A DNA stretch of 15,746 nucleotides from Oligoflexus sp. (lineage in GTDB: Bacteria; Bdellovibrionota_B; Oligoflexia; Oligoflexales; Oligoflexaceae): contig JBGSTX010000130.1 of assembly GCA_041736305.1 (NCBI GenBank), positions 1 through 15,746 on the forward strand, in the 5' to 3' direction. This document shows positions 15,548-15,746 of the stretch, piece by piece. The position numbers and the translations under genes are program-made. Numbering within the stretch: the stretch's first letter is position 1; each line of letters begins with the position of its first letter. Below the pieces are notes generated by a model, which was not told where the DNA came from, ran no database searches, and was given only the letters and a program-made list of their open reading frames with translations.

Positions 15548-15746
15548 TCAATTGCCCATCACTTCATAGCTAGCCTCTTTCAGCATAGAGCTCTCAAGGG
15601 TACTCGGAATGAACTGAAGATCGAGTCCATACTTCTCTACCAGACTGTTGTAGAGCGTCTTCTCTTCATTGAGCAGCAAGTCTTGGATGTCATCCCGCAA
15701 GCGTATCCGAATTTCCCTTGCACCTGTTCGCAGATGAAAGCGTTCA
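15548..15746 (-). CDS. 3' end of a probable ribonuclease G (Rne/Rng family) gene, truncated by the window edge
   Basis: Not in the ORF track. Manual translation gives ERFHLRTGAREIRIRLRDDIQDLLLNEEKTLYNSLVEKYGLDLQFIPSTLESSMLKEASYEVMGN*, with TGA at 15550-15548. The pattern parallels the C-terminus of RNase G (L..EE...L..LE...G..I......L....Y/FEV). Confidence 0.6.
   Translation of the reverse strand, partial: ERFHLRTGAREIRIRLRDDIQDLLLNEEKTLYNSLVEKYGLDLQFIPSTLESSMLKEASYEVMGN

Noticed and set aside
1..15746. CRISPR arrays, tRNA/rRNA genes, IS elements, prophage or defence genes
   Set aside because: No spaced direct repeats, cloverleaf or rRNA signatures, or matching protein motifs seen. Almost all sequence is accounted for by the listed CDSs.

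Overview
A gene-dense bacterial chromosomal window of roughly 50% GC. Gene style and content suggest Bdellovibrionota/Oligoflexia or another deltaproteobacteria-like lineage (inference only). The left two-thirds is a minus-strand housekeeping run: rplU-rpmA-obgE-nadD-rsfS-rlmH-comF-mutS-dksA. It converges on a 5'-truncated Cys-containing hypothetical gene at an intrinsic terminator. Diverging from rplU is a plus-strand unit behind a good sigma-54 promoter: a very long fliK, an extended flgD, and, where flgE usually sits, a lipoprotein built from three 6-Cys Kazal-like repeats. Next comes an uncharacterised lipoprotein with two CxxCH heme c motifs, a terminator, and the 3' end of a probable RNase G/E-family gene on the minus strand. 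I saw no tRNA, rRNA, CRISPR array or mobile element. The best candidates for new biology are the fliK-flgD-Cys-repeat operon, the diheme cytochrome lipoprotein, a possible SD-sequestering pseudoknot leader on rplU, and motif-divergent ObgE, DksA and RlmH. None is proven novel without database searches.
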